A stretch of DNA of 58,470 nt from Gemmatimonadales bacterium (GCA_041613315.1 JBFJHJ010000019.1:1-58470), one strand, 5' to 3'; positions 1 through 14,597 are shown, counted from the stretch's first letter. Numbers and translations are program-made. Notes: generated by a model not told the origin, from the sequence alone.

Positions 1-39
1 CCACCCGCCAGGTGCGGCGGCGCGGGCGGGGATTCCGGA

Positions 40-999
40 GTGACGGCGACGGCGCTCCGGGACCTGGAGAAGCGGATCGCCGGGAGCGTGCGATTCGACG
101 AGCCGCTGGCGCGTTACACGACCTATCGCATCGGAGGGCCGGCGGCGGCGCTCGTCGAACCGGCCGGCCCGGCCGATGTTGTCACCGCCCTGAGGCTCGC
201 GGCGGAGACGGGGAGCCGCTGGCTGGCGCTCGGGCTGGGCTCAAACGTGCTGATCGGCGACCGCGGCTTTGACGGGATCGTTATCCGGCTCGGCAAAGGC
301 CTGGAGACGGTGGAGCGCACCGTGGGGGGCGAGCCGCTCATCTGGCGCGTGGGCGCGGGGCTGCCGACGCCGCTCCTCGCCCGGCAGAGTGCTAAGGCCG
401 GGCTGGCCGGCGTCCATCGGTTGATCGGCGTGCCCGGCACGGTCGGCGGTGGCGTGTTCATGAACGCCGGGGCGCACGGCCAGGACTTCAGCCAGGTCGT
501 GCGGGCGGTCGAACTCGTGACGGCCACTGGCACGGTGCGAGAGGTGCCCGCCGCCGAGATTCGGTGGCGCTACCGGGGGAGCGGGCTCGACGGTGCCGTC
601 GTGATCGGCGCGACGGTGGCGCTGACCCCCGGCGATCCGCGGGCGCTCGAGAAAGAGATCGCGGAGCACTTCCGCTGGCGGAAAGCCGGAACGCCGTTCA
701 ACGCCCCGTGCTGTGGCTCGGTGTTTCGCAACCCGCCCGCGCCGCCCAATGCCGCGAGACGTGGGGTAGCGGGAACAGACGCAGAGGTACCCCGGACGGC
801 GGGGCAGCTCATCGATGCCTGTGGGCTCAAAGGCTTCCAGATCGGGGGCGCGCAGGTCTCGCCAACGCACGCCAATTACATCGTGAACGTCGGTGAGGCC
901 TCGGCGGGCGATGTCGTGGCGGTGATCGATGCCGTCCGCGAGCGCGTGGCGCGCACGTACGGGGTGGTGTTGGAGCTGGAGGTGAAGGTCATCGCGTAA
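40..999 (+). CDS. murB: UDP-N-acetylenolpyruvoylglucosamine reductase
   Basis: TTYRIGGPA, GLGSNVL, IPGTVGG-like GVPGTVGGGVFMNAGA, GSVFRNP, HANYIVN, C-terminal LELEV; GTG start. Confidence 0.95.
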   Translation: MTATALRDLEKRIAGSVRFDEPLARYTTYRIGGPAAALVEPAGPADVVTALRLAAETGSRWLALGLGSNVLIGDRGFDGIVIRLGKGLETVERTVGGEPLIWRVGAGLPTPLLARQSAKAGLAGVHRLIGVPGTVGGGVFMNAGAHGQDFSQVVRAVELVTATGTVREVPAAEIRWRYRGSGLDGAVVIGATVALTPGDPRALEKEIAEHFRWRKAGTPFNAPCCGSVFRNPPAPPNAARRGVAGTDAEVPRTAGQLIDACGLKGFQIGGAQVSPTHANYIVNVGEASAGDVVAVIDAVRERVARTYGVVLELEVKVIA

Positions 1000-1098
1000 G
1001 GAAGCCGGCGCGTCCAGCGCGAGCGCCAGGTGGCCGCCGATTCGGCGCCGGCAGGTCCCGCGCGGCCCGATGCCCGGTTGACGCTCCGAGGAGATCAC

Positions 1099-1677
1099 AT
1101 GACCGACTACTTTGTCCACGAGAGCGCCTACGTCGACGACGGCACTGTCATCGGGAAAGACACCAAGATCTGGCACTTCTGCCATGTGATGTCGGGCGCC
1201 GAGATCGGCACGGGGTGCAGCCTGGGGCAGAACGTCGTGGTCATGCCGCGGGCGCGGATCGGCCACCGCGTGAAGATCCAGAACAACGTGTCGATCTACG
1301 AGGGGGTGGTGCTCGAAGACGACGTGTTCTGCGGTCCCTCCTGCGTGTTCACGAACGTCTCGACGCCGAGAAGCCACGTGTCTCGACGGGACGCGTACCA
1401 GACCACGCTGGTACGGCGCGGCGCGTCGGTCGGCGCGAATGCCACCATCGTGTGCGGCATCACGCTCGGCGAGTACTGCTTCATCGGGGCCGGCGCCGTC
1501 GTGACGTCGGACGTGCCGGCGTACGCGCTCATGGTTGGGGTCCCGGCGCGCCGCGTCGGGTGGATGTGTCGCTGCGGCGAGCGGCTGCACCTGGACGGCG
1601 GCCGGGGCGCGTGCGAGCGCTGTGGGTCCAGGTACCGTGAGGTCGGCGGTGCGCTAGAGCCGATTGACCCCCGCTGA
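1099..1677 (+). CDS. Hexapeptide-repeat N-acetyltransferase (WbpD/WlbB-like)
   Basis: YFVHESAYVD, KIWHFCHV, KIQNNVSIYEGV, VGVPARRVGW, C-terminal CxC...CxxC; ATG 1099 preceded by GAGGAG. Confidence 0.9.
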   Translation: MTDYFVHESAYVDDGTVIGKDTKIWHFCHVMSGAEIGTGCSLGQNVVVMPRARIGHRVKIQNNVSIYEGVVLEDDVFCGPSCVFTNVSTPRSHVSRRDAYQTTLVRRGASVGANATIVCGITLGEYCFIGAGAVVTSDVPAYALMVGVPARRVGWMCRCGERLHLDGGRGACERCGSRYREVGGALEPIDPR

Positions 1678-1719
1678 CGGGCCGTGTAACATTCGCTCTT
1701 TCATACACTTGGGATCATC

Positions 1720-2835
1720 GTGAACGTTCCGTTGCTGGACCTGCGGGCCCAGTACGCTGGGATCAAGGACGAGGTGCTCCCGGCGCTGATGGAGGTTGTC
1801 GAGTCCCAGCAGTTCATCCTCGGCGAGCCGGTGCGGGCCTTGGAGGAGGCAGTGGCACGGCTGTCCGGGGCCGCGCACGCCGTCGCATGCGCGAGCGGGA
1901 CCGACGCCCTGCTGCTGTCGTTCAAGACGCTCGACCTCGCGGTGGGGGACGAGGTCATTACGACGCCGTTCACCTTCTTCGCGACGGCGGGGGCGATCCA
2001 CAACGCCGGCGGTCGGCCCGTGTTCGTCGACATTGACCCGGCGACGTTCAATATCGACGCGGCGCAGGCCGCCCGGGCCGTAACGCCGCGGACCCGCGCG
2101 ATCGTGCCCGTGCACCTGTTTGGCCAGATGGCGCCGATGGACGAGCTCATGGCGCTCGCCGATCGGCATGGGCTGGCTGTCATCGAGGACGCCGCTCAAG
2201 CCGTGGGCGCGCGCCGCCGCATGGCAGGGGCGTGGCGCACGGCCGGCACGGTCGGCACGACGGGCGCGCTCTCCTTTTTCCCCAGTAAGAACCTCGGGGC
2301 GTGGGGCGACGGCGGGATGATCCTCACGCACGACGGTGCGCTGGCGGAACGGCTGCGGCGGCTCCGGACCCACGGCGGCGCCAAGCAGTACCACCACGAC
2401 GAGATCGGGACGAACAGCCGGCTGGACGCGCTCCAAGCGGCGGTACTGATCGCCAAGGTCCCGCACTTGGCGGCGTGGAACGCGGCGAGGCGCGCGCACG
2501 CCGCCGCCTACACCGAAGCGCTCCATGGCATCGAGGGAATCGTGCCGCCGCCGGTCGATCCCGCCAACGAGCATGTGTATCACCAGTATACCATCCGAGC
2601 GGCGCGGCGGGACGCGCTGAAGGAGCATCTCGCGGTCTGCGGGATCGGCTGCGCCGTCTACTACCCGATCCCGCTCCACCTCCAGCCCTGCTTCGCGGGG
2701 CTGGGGTACGGGCCGAACAGATTTCCCGAGGCGGAGCGCGCCTCCGGGGAGGTCCTCTCGCTCCCGATCTATCCCGAGCTCACCGCCCACCAGCGCGCGC
2801 GCGTCGTGGACGCGATCCGGGAATTCGTCGGGTGA
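1720..2835 (+). CDS. DegT/DnrJ/EryC1/StrS PLP aminotransferase (WbpE-like)
   Basis: ASGTDAL, PVHLFGQ, IEDAAQA, SFFPSKNLGAWGDGG, NSRLDALQAA. Confidence 0.93.
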   Translation: MNVPLLDLRAQYAGIKDEVLPALMEVVESQQFILGEPVRALEEAVARLSGAAHAVACASGTDALLLSFKTLDLAVGDEVITTPFTFFATAGAIHNAGGRPVFVDIDPATFNIDAAQAARAVTPRTRAIVPVHLFGQMAPMDELMALADRHGLAVIEDAAQAVGARRRMAGAWRTAGTVGTTGALSFFPSKNLGAWGDGGMILTHDGALAERLRRLRTHGGAKQYHHDEIGTNSRLDALQAAVLIAKVPHLAAWNAARRAHAAAYTEALHGIEGIVPPPVDPANEHVYHQYTIRAARRDALKEHLAVCGIGCAVYYPIPLHLQPCFAGLGYGPNRFPEAERASGEVLSLPIYPELTAHQRARVVDAIREFVG

Positions 2836-3863
2836 GCCGACTCAAGGTCGCGGTCATTGGAGCGGGGAGCTGGGGTCGCAACCACGTGCGGAACCTCGCG
2901 AGCCACCCCGACGTCGATCTGGTCGCGGTCTGCGATCTCAGCGCCCAGCGGCGGCAGGCGGTCGCGCGGCAGTATCCCGCCATCGCGGTGACCGACGCGG
3001 TGGAACAGGCGCTTGGGGACGCCGAGGCGGTTGTCGTGGCCACGCCGGCCACGAGCCACGCCGAGATCGCGACCCTAGCTATTGAGCGGGGGCTTCCCGT
3101 GCTCGTGGAAAAGCCGTTCGCGCTCTCGGCGGCTGAAGCCGAGCGGGTGGCGGAGCTGGCGGTGAAGCGCGCCGTGCCGGTGCTCGTGGGGCACCTGCTC
3201 CTGTTTCATCCAGCGGTGGAGCGTCTCAAGGCGATGGTCACGGCCGGGGAGCTGGGGGACATCTATTACCTGTACAGCCAGCGCGTGAACCTCGGGCAGG
3301 TGCGACCGGACGAGAACGCCCTGTGGAGCTTTGGGCCGCACGACATCTCCGTAGCGCTGGATCTGCTGGGACAGGCGCCCGTCCACGTCGCGGCACACGG
3401 TCGGAGCTATCTCCAGCCTGGCGTCGAGGACGTCGTCTTCCTGATGATGGAGTTCGCATCTGGGATCGTGGCCCACGTGCACATGTCGTGGCTCGACCCC
3501 CATAAAGAGCGGCGAGTCACCGTGGTCGGCTCGCGGCAGATGGTCGTGTTCGACGACATGCAGCCGCGCGAGAAGCTGAAGATCTACGACAAGGGCATCA
3601 ACCGCCCACCCGAGTACGCGTCCTACGGCGAGAGCCTGACGATTCGGGAGGGCGACATCGCGATCCCCCGCCTGCCGAACGTGGAACCGCTCGGGGCGGA
3701 GCTCGCGCATTTCCTGCGGGTCGCGCGTGGGGTCGAGCGGCCGCGGGCGGACGCGGCCGCCGGCGTGACGGTGGTCCGCGTCCTGGAGGCGGCGTCGCGC
3801 TCGATGCGCGAGGGTGGGGCGGTGATCGAGCCGTTCGCCGGCTTCGGATCGGGACGGCGATGA
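2832..3863 (+). CDS. Gfo/Idh/MocA oxidoreductase (WbpB-like)
   Basis: GTG overlaps the upstream stop (GTGA); VAVIGAGSWG, VLVEKP, LWSFGPHD. Confidence 0.9.
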   Translation: MSRLKVAVIGAGSWGRNHVRNLASHPDVDLVAVCDLSAQRRQAVARQYPAIAVTDAVEQALGDAEAVVVATPATSHAEIATLAIERGLPVLVEKPFALSAAEAERVAELAVKRAVPVLVGHLLLFHPAVERLKAMVTAGELGDIYYLYSQRVNLGQVRPDENALWSFGPHDISVALDLLGQAPVHVAAHGRSYLQPGVEDVVFLMMEFASGIVAHVHMSWLDPHKERRVTVVGSRQMVVFDDMQPREKLKIYDKGINRPPEYASYGESLTIREGDIAIPRLPNVEPLGAELAHFLRVARGVERPRADAAAGVTVVRVLEAASRSMREGGAVIEPFAGFGSGRR

Positions 3864-5152
3864 GCCCCGAACAGTCGCTGTTGGCCATGGCGCGGGACCG
3901 CTCCGCCGTGTTCGGGGTGGTCGGGCTCGGGTATGTCGGGTTGCCGCTCGCAGTGGAGGTGGCCTGGGCCGGCTATCGCGTCCTGGGACTGGACGTGAGC
4001 CCGCGGGTCGCCGAGGGTGTGAACGCCGGTCGGTCCCACGTGCGCGATGTCCCGACCGAGCAGCTGGCGCCGCTCGTGGCCGAGGGCCGCGTCCGCGCTA
4101 CCACGGACATGGATTGTCTGAGCGAGGTTGACGTGGTGGCGATCTGCGTGCCCACCCCCTTGTCCAAGACGAAGGATCCCGACGTGTCCTACGTGCTGGC
4201 GGCGGCGGAGCAGGTCGGCCGCACGGTGCGCACGGGGCAGGCGGTCGTGCTCGAGAGCACGACCTATCCGGGGACGACGCGGGAGCTGCTCCAGCCGCGG
4301 ATCGAGGCGAAGGGCCTGCGGGTCGGGCTGGACGTGTTCCTCGCGTTCAGTCCGGAGCGCGTGGATCCCGGGAATACGACGTGGCGCACGCGCAATACGC
4401 CGAAGGTCGTGGGTGGGGTGACCGACGCGTGCCGTCGCGTGGTCCTGGCGTTGTACGAGCCGATCTTCGACACCCTCGTCCCCGTCACGTCGCCCGAGGC
4501 TGCGGAGTTGGTCAAGCTGCTCGAGAACACGTTCCGCAGCGTCAACATCGGGTTGGTGAACGAGATGGCGATCATCTGTGATAAACTCGGCGTAGACGCC
4601 TGGGAGGTGATCGAGGCGGCCGCGACCAAACCGTTCGGGTTCATGAAGTTCACGCCGGGACCCGGGCTGGGCGGTCACTGCATCCCGGTGGACCCGCACT
4701 ATCTCGCGTGGAAGATGCGCGGGTTGAACTACCGCACGCGGTTCATCGAGGTCGCAGGCGAGGTGAACTCCGAGATGCCGGCGTTTTGGGTTCGCAAGAT
4801 CACGGAGCGGCTGAACGAACACGGGAAGGCGGTGCGGGGCTCGCGCGTGCTCGTCGTCGGCGTCGCCTACAAGCGGGATGTGGACGACTTGCGCGAGAGT
4901 CCGGCCCTGGACGTCATCCGGCTGCTGCGGCAGCAAGGCGCCGCGGTCCGGTATCACGATCCATACGTGCCGCAGTTCCAGGACGATGGCGTTGACTTCC
5001 GGTCGGTGCCGCTTACCGCGGAGGAGGTGGCCGGCGCCGACTGCGTCGTCATCGTGACCGACCACAGCACCCTCGACTACGCCGGGATCGCCGCGCACGC
5101 CCAGAGCGTCGTGGACACGCGCAATGCGTTCGGCACGCGAGGGCTTGCGTGA
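3860..5152 (+). CDS. Nucleotide-sugar dehydrogenase (UDP-GlcNAc 6-dehydrogenase, WbpA-like)
   Basis: GLGYVGLP, ICVPTP, ESTTYPGTT, FSPERVDPG, KLLENTFR, GPGLGGHCIPVDP, RESPA. Confidence 0.93.
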   Translation: MSPEQSLLAMARDRSAVFGVVGLGYVGLPLAVEVAWAGYRVLGLDVSPRVAEGVNAGRSHVRDVPTEQLAPLVAEGRVRATTDMDCLSEVDVVAICVPTPLSKTKDPDVSYVLAAAEQVGRTVRTGQAVVLESTTYPGTTRELLQPRIEAKGLRVGLDVFLAFSPERVDPGNTTWRTRNTPKVVGGVTDACRRVVLALYEPIFDTLVPVTSPEAAELVKLLENTFRSVNIGLVNEMAIICDKLGVDAWEVIEAAATKPFGFMKFTPGPGLGGHCIPVDPHYLAWKMRGLNYRTRFIEVAGEVNSEMPAFWVRKITERLNEHGKAVRGSRVLVVGVAYKRDVDDLRESPALDVIRLLRQQGAAVRYHDPYVPQFQDDGVDFRSVPLTAEEVAGADCVVIVTDHSTLDYAGIAAHAQSVVDTRNAFGTRGLA

Positions 5153-6456
5153 AGGTCGCCGTCGTGGGCTCGGGGTATGTCGGACTCGTGGTCGGGGCCT
5201 GTCTGGCAGAGACGGGCAACGACGTCGTGTGTGCCGACGTCGACGAAGCGAAGATCGCACGTCTCCGGCAGAACGACCTCCCCATCTACGAGCCCGGGCT
5301 CGAGCCGCTGATCCGCACCAATCAGGCCGACGGCCGGCTCGCCTTCACGACCGACGTTGGGGCCGCCGTCGGTGCGGCGGAGGTCGTCTTCATCGCCGTC
5401 GGGACGCCTCCCGACGAGGATGGGTCGGCCGACCTGCAGCACGTGCTGGATGTCGCCCGCACGATCGGCGATCACATGACCGGTCCCAAGGTCATCATCA
5501 CGAAGAGCACCGTCCCCGTGGGCACGGCCGTCCGGGTGCGGGACGTCATCGCGTCGCGGACGAAGGAGCGCTTCTTCGTCTGCTCGAACCCGGAGTTCCT
5601 GAAGGAAGGCGCTGCGGTGGACGATTTCATGAAGCCGGATCGGGTGGTCGTGGGGGTGGAGGACGCGGAGGCGGAGGCCCTCTTGCGGGAGCTCTATGCG
5701 CCCTTCGTGCGGACGGGGAACCCCCTCATCTTCATGGACCTCGCGTCCGCTGAGCTGACGAAATACGCCGCCAACGCGATGCTCGCCACCCGTATCTCGT
5801 TCATGAACCAGATCGCCGAATTGTGCGAGCGCGTGGGCGGGGACGTGAACCGAGTGCGCCACGGCATCGGCAGTGACTCGCGGATCGGGTCGGCCTTCCT
5901 CTTCCCCGGTCCCGGGTACGGCGGATCGTGTCTTCCCAAAGACGTGCAGGCGCTCGTCCAGACGGGGCGCGACCACGGCGTGTCGCTCGACGTGCTGGTG
6001 GCCGTTCGCGCCGTGAACCAGCGGCAGAAGCGGCGGCTGGCGGCGAAGCTGGAGACCGTGCTCGACGGTCAGGTGAGCGGCTGCACGATCGCGGTCTGGG
6101 GACTCGCCTTCAAGGCGCAAACGGACGACATGCGGGAAAGCCCGGCGATCGACCTCATCGAGGCGCTGCTGGCCGCCGGGGCCCGGGTGCGGGCCCACGA
6201 CCCCGCGGCGATCGGGACCGCCCGACGGCTGTTTGGCGACCGAGTCGAATACCCCGAGCATTCCTACGACGCCCTGACGGACGCTGACGCGCTGGTGATC
6301 GTCACGGAATGGCTCGAGTACCGCACCCCCGACTTTCGCCGAATGAAGCAGCTCCTTCGGCGCCCCGTGGTCGTCGACGGCCGTAACCTTTACGATCCGT
6401 CGCGCATGCGCGCGATGGGCTTCACCTATGTCGGCATCGGCCGCGGCGCAGCCTGA
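5149..6456 (+). CDS. ugd: UDP-glucose 6-dehydrogenase
   Basis: [53 protein letters not shown]. Confidence 0.93.
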   Translation: MKVAVVGSGYVGLVVGACLAETGNDVVCADVDEAKIARLRQNDLPIYEPGLEPLIRTNQADGRLAFTTDVGAAVGAAEVVFIAVGTPPDEDGSADLQHVLDVARTIGDHMTGPKVIITKSTVPVGTAVRVRDVIASRTKERFFVCSNPEFLKEGAAVDDFMKPDRVVVGVEDAEAEALLRELYAPFVRTGNPLIFMDLASAELTKYAANAMLATRISFMNQIAELCERVGGDVNRVRHGIGSDSRIGSAFLFPGPGYGGSCLPKDVQALVQTGRDHGVSLDVLVAVRAVNQRQKRRLAAKLETVLDGQVSGCTIAVWGLAFKAQTDDMRESPAIDLIEALLAAGARVRAHDPAAIGTARRLFGDRVEYPEHSYDALTDADALVIVTEWLEYRTPDFRRMKQLLRRPVVVDGRNLYDPSRMRAMGFTYVGIGRGAA

Positions 6457-7391
6457 TGCGGATGCTCGTGACCGGTGCGGCCGGCTTCCTCGGCTCGCAC
6501 CTCACCGATCGCCTGCTCAGCGACGGCCATGACGTCGTCGGGATGGACAACCTTCTCACGGGGTCGGAGCGGAACGTGGCGCACCTGCGCGACTGCCGCG
6601 CATTCCGGCTCGTGAGTCACGACGTCAGCCGCGTCATCGACGTCGAGGGGTCTCTCGACGCGGTCTTCCACTTCGCGTCTCCGGCGAGCCCCGTGGACTA
6701 CCTCCAGCTGCCGATCCAGACCCTGAAAGTGGGTTCGCTCGGCACACATAACTCGCTCGGGCTCGCCAAGGCGAGAGGTGCGCGGTTCGTGCTCGCCAGC
6801 ACGTCGGAAGTGTACGGGGATCCTCAGGTGCATCCCCAACCGGAGTCCTACTGGGGGCATGTGAATCCCATCGGCCCGCGCGGTGTCTACGACGAGGCGA
6901 AGCGTTTCGCCGAGGCGATGACGATGGCGTACCATCGGGTCCACGACCTGGACGTGCGTGTCGTCCGCATCTTCAATACGTACGGACCGCGCATGCGTCC
7001 CGACGACGGCCGGGTGGTGTCCAACTTCATCATCCAGGCGTTGCGCAACGAGCCGCTTACCGTGTACGGCGACGGGAGCCAGACGCGCTCGTTCTGCTTC
7101 GTAGACGATCTGATCGAAGGGATCGTTCGCTGGTTTGCGCAGGGCGACGCCGAGCCCGTGAACCTCGGGAACGACCGGGAGTTCACCATCAACGAGCTCG
7201 CAAAGGTGGTGCTCCGGCTCACCGGATCGGCGGCCCGCGTCGTGCGCCAGCCGCTCCCCACCGATGATCCCCAACAACGCCGCCCCGATCTCACCCGGGC
7301 CCGAACCCTGTTGGGCTGGGAGCCCCGGACCTCGCTCGAGGAGGGGCTGCGGACGACGATCGCGTACTTCCGCGAGGAGCTAGCCGCATGA
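6456..7391 (+). CDS. UDP-glucuronate decarboxylase (UDP-xylose synthase-like SDR)
   Basis: [51 protein letters not shown]. Confidence 0.9.
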   Translation: MRMLVTGAAGFLGSHLTDRLLSDGHDVVGMDNLLTGSERNVAHLRDCRAFRLVSHDVSRVIDVEGSLDAVFHFASPASPVDYLQLPIQTLKVGSLGTHNSLGLAKARGARFVLASTSEVYGDPQVHPQPESYWGHVNPIGPRGVYDEAKRFAEAMTMAYHRVHDLDVRVVRIFNTYGPRMRPDDGRVVSNFIIQALRNEPLTVYGDGSQTRSFCFVDDLIEGIVRWFAQGDAEPVNLGNDREFTINELAKVVLRLTGSAARVVRQPLPTDDPQQRRPDLTRARTLLGWEPRTSLEEGLRTTIAYFREELAA

Positions 7392-8344
7392 CGGTGCGCG
7401 TGTGCGTCACCGGCGCCGTCGGATTCATCGGGAGCCACGTGTGCGCCGCGCTGGTGCGGGCCGGCTACCGCGTCCGAGGTCTCGACAACTTCGATCCGTA
7501 CTACGACCGGGTGCTCAAGGACGCGGCGCGGGCGCGCCTCACCGCCTTGGGGGTCCGGGTCGTCGAGGGCGACGTGCGTGACCGGCGAACGCTGGCCGGA
7601 GCCGTGGGCGGCGCCGAGGCGGTCGTGCATTTGGCGGCGCGGCCCGGCGTCCGCGCCAGCCTGCGTGATCCGCGACGCTGCGCGTCGGTCAACGTGCGCG
7701 GCACCGCCCGGCTGCTCGACGCCTGCGCGCGCGCCGGGGTCTCGCGGGTGGTCTTTGGGTCCTCGAGCTCGGTGTACGGAGGGGCGGTGGAGCCATGCCG
7801 GGAGAAGGACGCCGCCCGCCCCCGGTCGCCCTATGCGGCGACCAAATGGGCCGGGGAAGCCCTGTGCCGCCGCCACGTCCGTCGCTACGGCGGACGAGTG
7901 GCCGCGCTCCGGCTGTTCACGGTGTACGGACCCGGACAGCGACCCGACCTCGCGATCCACCACTTCACGCGTTTCATGACCCACGAGCGGCCGGTCGCGC
8001 GATTTGGCGGCAGCGGGACGGCCCGCGACTACACGCATGTCGACGACGTGGTACGGGGGGTGACGGCGGCACTCGGGTGGACCGCAACCGGATCGCCGGC
8101 ATTCGAGGCGTTCAACGTCGGCGCGGGTCGGCCGGTCCGGCTCGACGACCTGATCGACCTGCTCGCGAGCACCCTCGGCCTCCCCAGCCGGGTGCTGCTC
8201 CGACCGCCGCAACCAGGTGACGTCGGGCGGACGCATGCGGATATTACCAAGGCCCGGGAGATCCTCGGGTACGAGCCGCGCGTCGCCATCGAACCGGGCA
8301 TTGCAGAATTCGTCGATTGGTACCGGGGAGGCACATGGACCTGA
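7388..8344 (+). CDS. NAD-dependent epimerase/dehydratase (UDP-glucuronate 4-epimerase-like)
   Basis: [50 protein letters not shown]. Confidence 0.85.
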   Translation: MTVRVCVTGAVGFIGSHVCAALVRAGYRVRGLDNFDPYYDRVLKDAARARLTALGVRVVEGDVRDRRTLAGAVGGAEAVVHLAARPGVRASLRDPRRCASVNVRGTARLLDACARAGVSRVVFGSSSSVYGGAVEPCREKDAARPRSPYAATKWAGEALCRRHVRRYGGRVAALRLFTVYGPGQRPDLAIHHFTRFMTHERPVARFGGSGTARDYTHVDDVVRGVTAALGWTATGSPAFEAFNVGAGRPVRLDDLIDLLASTLGLPSRVLLRPPQPGDVGRTHADITKAREILGYEPRVAIEPGIAEFVDWYRGGTWT

Positions 8345-9045
8345 GGCCCACCCAGCTGCTCGCGCAGGCGAAGGAGCGTTTTCAGCTCCAGGACTATTTC
8401 GGCGCCATCATGCTCTTAGAGGATCTCATTGCCGACGGCCGCGCCTTCGCCGACGCGCACCACCTGCTTGGGCTCGCCAATCACATGGTGGGGCGGACGA
8501 CGCGCGCGCTGGAGTCCTTCGAGCACGCGTTGCAGCTCAACCCGCGGTACGTCGAGGCTCATATTCACCGGGGCATCGTGCTGGCGGAGGTGGGGCGGGC
8601 TCGGGAAGCGGAAGAGGAATTCCGAGCGGCGCGACAGAGCGGCGGGGGCGACCGGGGGGGCGTGCCGGCGCACCACGCGGCGAAGCTGGCCAACCTGCAC
8701 GCCGACCTGGGCGACGCGTACAGCGAAGCGGGCGCGCTCACGTATGCCATCGAGCAGTACCACGCGGCGTTGCGCCTGGGCCCCGATTTCCACGACTTGC
8801 GGTATCGGCTGGGGCGGCTCCTGATGGATGCCGGCCGAACGCTCGAAGCGCGTGAGGCGCTGGAAGCCGTCGTGGCCGCCCGGCCCGAGTCGGCCGATGC
8901 GCTGGCCGCCTTGGGGCTCGCGTGCTATCTGTCGGGCGACGCCGCCAGCGCCCGCGAGGCCTGGCAGACGCTGGCCCGCGCCCAGCCGGGGGACCCGCGG
9001 CCGCGGGCGTACCTCGCTATGCTCGACCGCGGCGGCGGGGCGTAG
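8335..9045 (+). CDS. Tetratricopeptide repeat protein
   Basis: Repeated TPR-like helices (AHHLLG...ALQLNPRYVEAHIHRG; ALRLGPDFHDLRYRLG); ATG after GGAGG. Confidence 0.8.
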   Translation: MDLRPTQLLAQAKERFQLQDYFGAIMLLEDLIADGRAFADAHHLLGLANHMVGRTTRALESFEHALQLNPRYVEAHIHRGIVLAEVGRAREAEEEFRAARQSGGGDRGGVPAHHAAKLANLHADLGDAYSEAGALTYAIEQYHAALRLGPDFHDLRYRLGRLLMDAGRTLEAREALEAVVAARPESADALAALGLACYLSGDAASAREAWQTLARAQPGDPRPRAYLAMLDRGGGA

Positions 9046-9046
9046 C

Positions 9047-9964
9047 GTGAGGCCGAGTCGAGCGAGGGGCTGGGGGCTGGCGGTGCTCACGCTGAGCGCG
9101 TGCGTCGGGGCGGCGGCGGATTATGAGACGCTCGGCGATCGGGCATACGCCGATCGCGATTATGCGGATGCGCTCGTTGAGTACCGCCTGGCGCTGGTGC
9201 GGCGCGCCCCCGACGCCGACTTGCGGGTGAAGGCCGGGCTGGCGGCGCTGATGAGCGGCGATCTGGTCACGGCCACGGAAGAGTACGTCGCGCTCGCCCT
9301 GGAGGGCGGGGACGCGCGCCGCGACGAGGCGGCCGATGGGCTGGCGCGCGTGGCCGACGCGGCCATCGCCGCCGGGGACCAGGCCGCGCTCGCCAGCGCG
9401 CTGGACGGACTCCAGCAGGTGGCGCCGGGTCGCGCCCTCGGCTCGTTCGCGCGCCAGCTCGCCGGGTCATTGGGCACCATGGCGCGGTCGCCGGAGGCGC
9501 TGTCGGTGCTGATCTACGCCGCCGCCGCCGCGCCCGACGCCCGGCTCCAGGACTCGCTGATGTACGCGTACGGTGTGGTGCTGCGGCGCCTACAGCGATG
9601 CGAGGACGCGGTGCCGACGTTCGAGAGCCTCCTGCGGCGCCAGCGCGCGTCGAGCATCGTCGAGAGCTCGCGCGAGGAGCTGGCCCTTTGCGCCCTCGCG
9701 CTCGGCCGGCAGGCGCTCGACCGCGGGCAGCCCGCGGCGGCAGCCGAGTGGTTTTCCCGGGCCGCCCAAGGCGGCGGTGACAGTCCGGCCGCCCGGGTGG
9801 CGTACATCGGTCTGGGCGACGTCCGGTTCGCCCAGGGCGATATCGTGGGCGCGGTTCAGGCGTTCGAGCGCGCCCGCGCCGGCACGTCACCCCGGGACTC
9901 CATCTACGCGATCGTCGCCGAGCGTCTCAACCGCCTCGGGCGTGTCGGAACGGACGTGCCGTGA
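9047..9964 (+). CDS. Putative TPR-containing lipoprotein
   Basis: Signal-like N-terminus ending LSAC; helical TPR-like segments (AYIGLGDVRFAQGDIVGAVQAFERA). Confidence 0.65.
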   Translation: MRPSRARGWGLAVLTLSACVGAAADYETLGDRAYADRDYADALVEYRLALVRRAPDADLRVKAGLAALMSGDLVTATEEYVALALEGGDARRDEAADGLARVADAAIAAGDQAALASALDGLQQVAPGRALGSFARQLAGSLGTMARSPEALSVLIYAAAAAPDARLQDSLMYAYGVVLRRLQRCEDAVPTFESLLRRQRASSIVESSREELALCALALGRQALDRGQPAAAAEWFSRAAQGGGDSPAARVAYIGLGDVRFAQGDIVGAVQAFERARAGTSPRDSIYAIVAERLNRLGRVGTDVP

Positions 9965-9979
9965 GGGGTACAACCTGAC

Positions 9980-10720
9980 GTGATGCGCACTTCCCGATGG
10001 CTCGCCCTGGCGGTGCTGGCGGCGGCGTGTGGCGGTGGGAGACCGGTGCAGTATCCAAGCCCGCAGGCCCTCTTCGATGAGTCGCTCGCGGCCTACCGCC
10101 GGGGCGACTGCGGCTTCGCCCGGCGCGGCTTCGAACGGCTCACCCGTGAGCTCCCGCCACGGGACCCCCAACAAGCCGAGGTTCGCTACTATCTGGCCGA
10201 GTGTACGCTGCGCGGCGGCGACCAGCTGGAAGCCGCGCGGCAGTTCCGCCGCGTGGCCGATGACTTCGCGCGTCACCCCCTCGCGCCCGACGCCCTGCTG
10301 CGGGCGGGAGATGCCTATCGCGACCTCTGGCGTGATCCGGAGCTGGACCCGACCTACGGCGAGACCGCCCTCGCCACCTACCGCGAGCTCGTGGGCCGCT
10401 ATGCCGATACTCCCGCCGCTCAGCGCGCGCAGCTGCGCATCCGTGCCGTGAACGGCATGCTGGCCGCGAAGGAGTTTCGCAACGGCGTGTTCTACTTTCG
10501 GCTGCGCGCGTATGACTCGGCGATCATCTATTTCAAGGACGTGATCGCCAAGTACCCGCTGTCGCCGCACGCGCCACTGGCGGTGCTCCGGCTCATCGAG
10601 ACGTACGACCGGATCCGCTACGACGAGGAAAAGCAGGAGATGTGCCAGTACCTCCGTCAGTACTACCCCCAGGCCGCGGACGGCACATCGGCGTGCCCCG
10701 AGGGCGCCGCGGCGCCGTAG
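9980..10720 (+). CDS. bamD: Outer membrane protein assembly factor BamD
   Basis: Lipobox LAAAC; TPR helices; [24 protein letters not shown], typical of the BamD C-terminus. Confidence 0.8.
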   Translation: MMRTSRWLALAVLAAACGGGRPVQYPSPQALFDESLAAYRRGDCGFARRGFERLTRELPPRDPQQAEVRYYLAECTLRGGDQLEAARQFRRVADDFARHPLAPDALLRAGDAYRDLWRDPELDPTYGETALATYRELVGRYADTPAAQRAQLRIRAVNGMLAAKEFRNGVFYFRLRAYDSAIIYFKDVIAKYPLSPHAPLAVLRLIETYDRIRYDEEKQEMCQYLRQYYPQAADGTSACPEGAAAP

Positions 10721-10725
10721 GCGCG

Positions 10726-11309
10726 GTGCGGCGAGGCATCTTCGGCGGGTCCTTCGACCCTGTGCACCTCGGGCACCTCACCGTCGCCGCGGCGGCGGCG
10801 GACCGGCTGTCCCTCGATCGGGTGCACTTCGTGCCCGCCCGCCAACAGCCTTTCAAGACCGGCACGCACGCCGCCAGCGCCGCCGACCGCGCCGCGATGC
10901 TCGAAGCGGCGCTGGCTGGCGACGCCGGGGACCCCCGGTTCGTTCTCGACCGGCGGGAGATCGAGCGGGAGGGTGTCTCGTACACCGTCGACACGCTGCG
11001 GGCGATGTCTGCGGAGTTTCCCGACGATCAGTTATTCTTGTTGGTTGGGGCGGACGCGGCTCGGGAGCTCCCGGCCTGGCGCGACGCGGATACCGTCGCG
11101 CGGCTCACGCGGGTGATCGGGTTGACGCGCCCCGGGGAGACCCTCCCCACCCACCCGCTGCTCGCCGAAACGCTCGCGGTGCCGGCGGTGGAGGTATCGG
11201 GTACGGAGATCCGTCGTCGCGTGCGATGCGGGGAGTCACTGCGGGGGCTCGCGCCCCCGGCGGTAGCGCAGTACATCGCGGCGCACGGGCTTTATCGCGC
11301 AGGAGACTG

Positions 11310-11310
<1 letters not shown>
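10726..11310 (+). CDS. nadD: Nicotinate-nucleotide adenylyltransferase
   Basis: [36 protein letters not shown]. Confidence 0.93.

Positions 11311-14597
<3,287 letters not shown>

Noticed and set aside
1..43. Possible 3' end of an upstream gene (TGA at 41-43 overlapping the murB GTG)
   Set aside because: Too short to identify.
733..800. Short insertion in murB (PPAPPNAARRGVAGTDAEVP) with a weak GGGGTA/TACCCC inverted repeat
   Set aside because: Falls in a length-variable loop; the repeat is too short to assign to the palindromic element family.
2301..2831. N-terminal extension of the Gfo/Idh/MocA ORF (similar extensions on secA, the GalE-like gene, ftsK, pal)
   Set aside because: Arg/Gly/Pro-rich read-through of overlapping upstream genes; family motifs begin at the downstream coupled starts.
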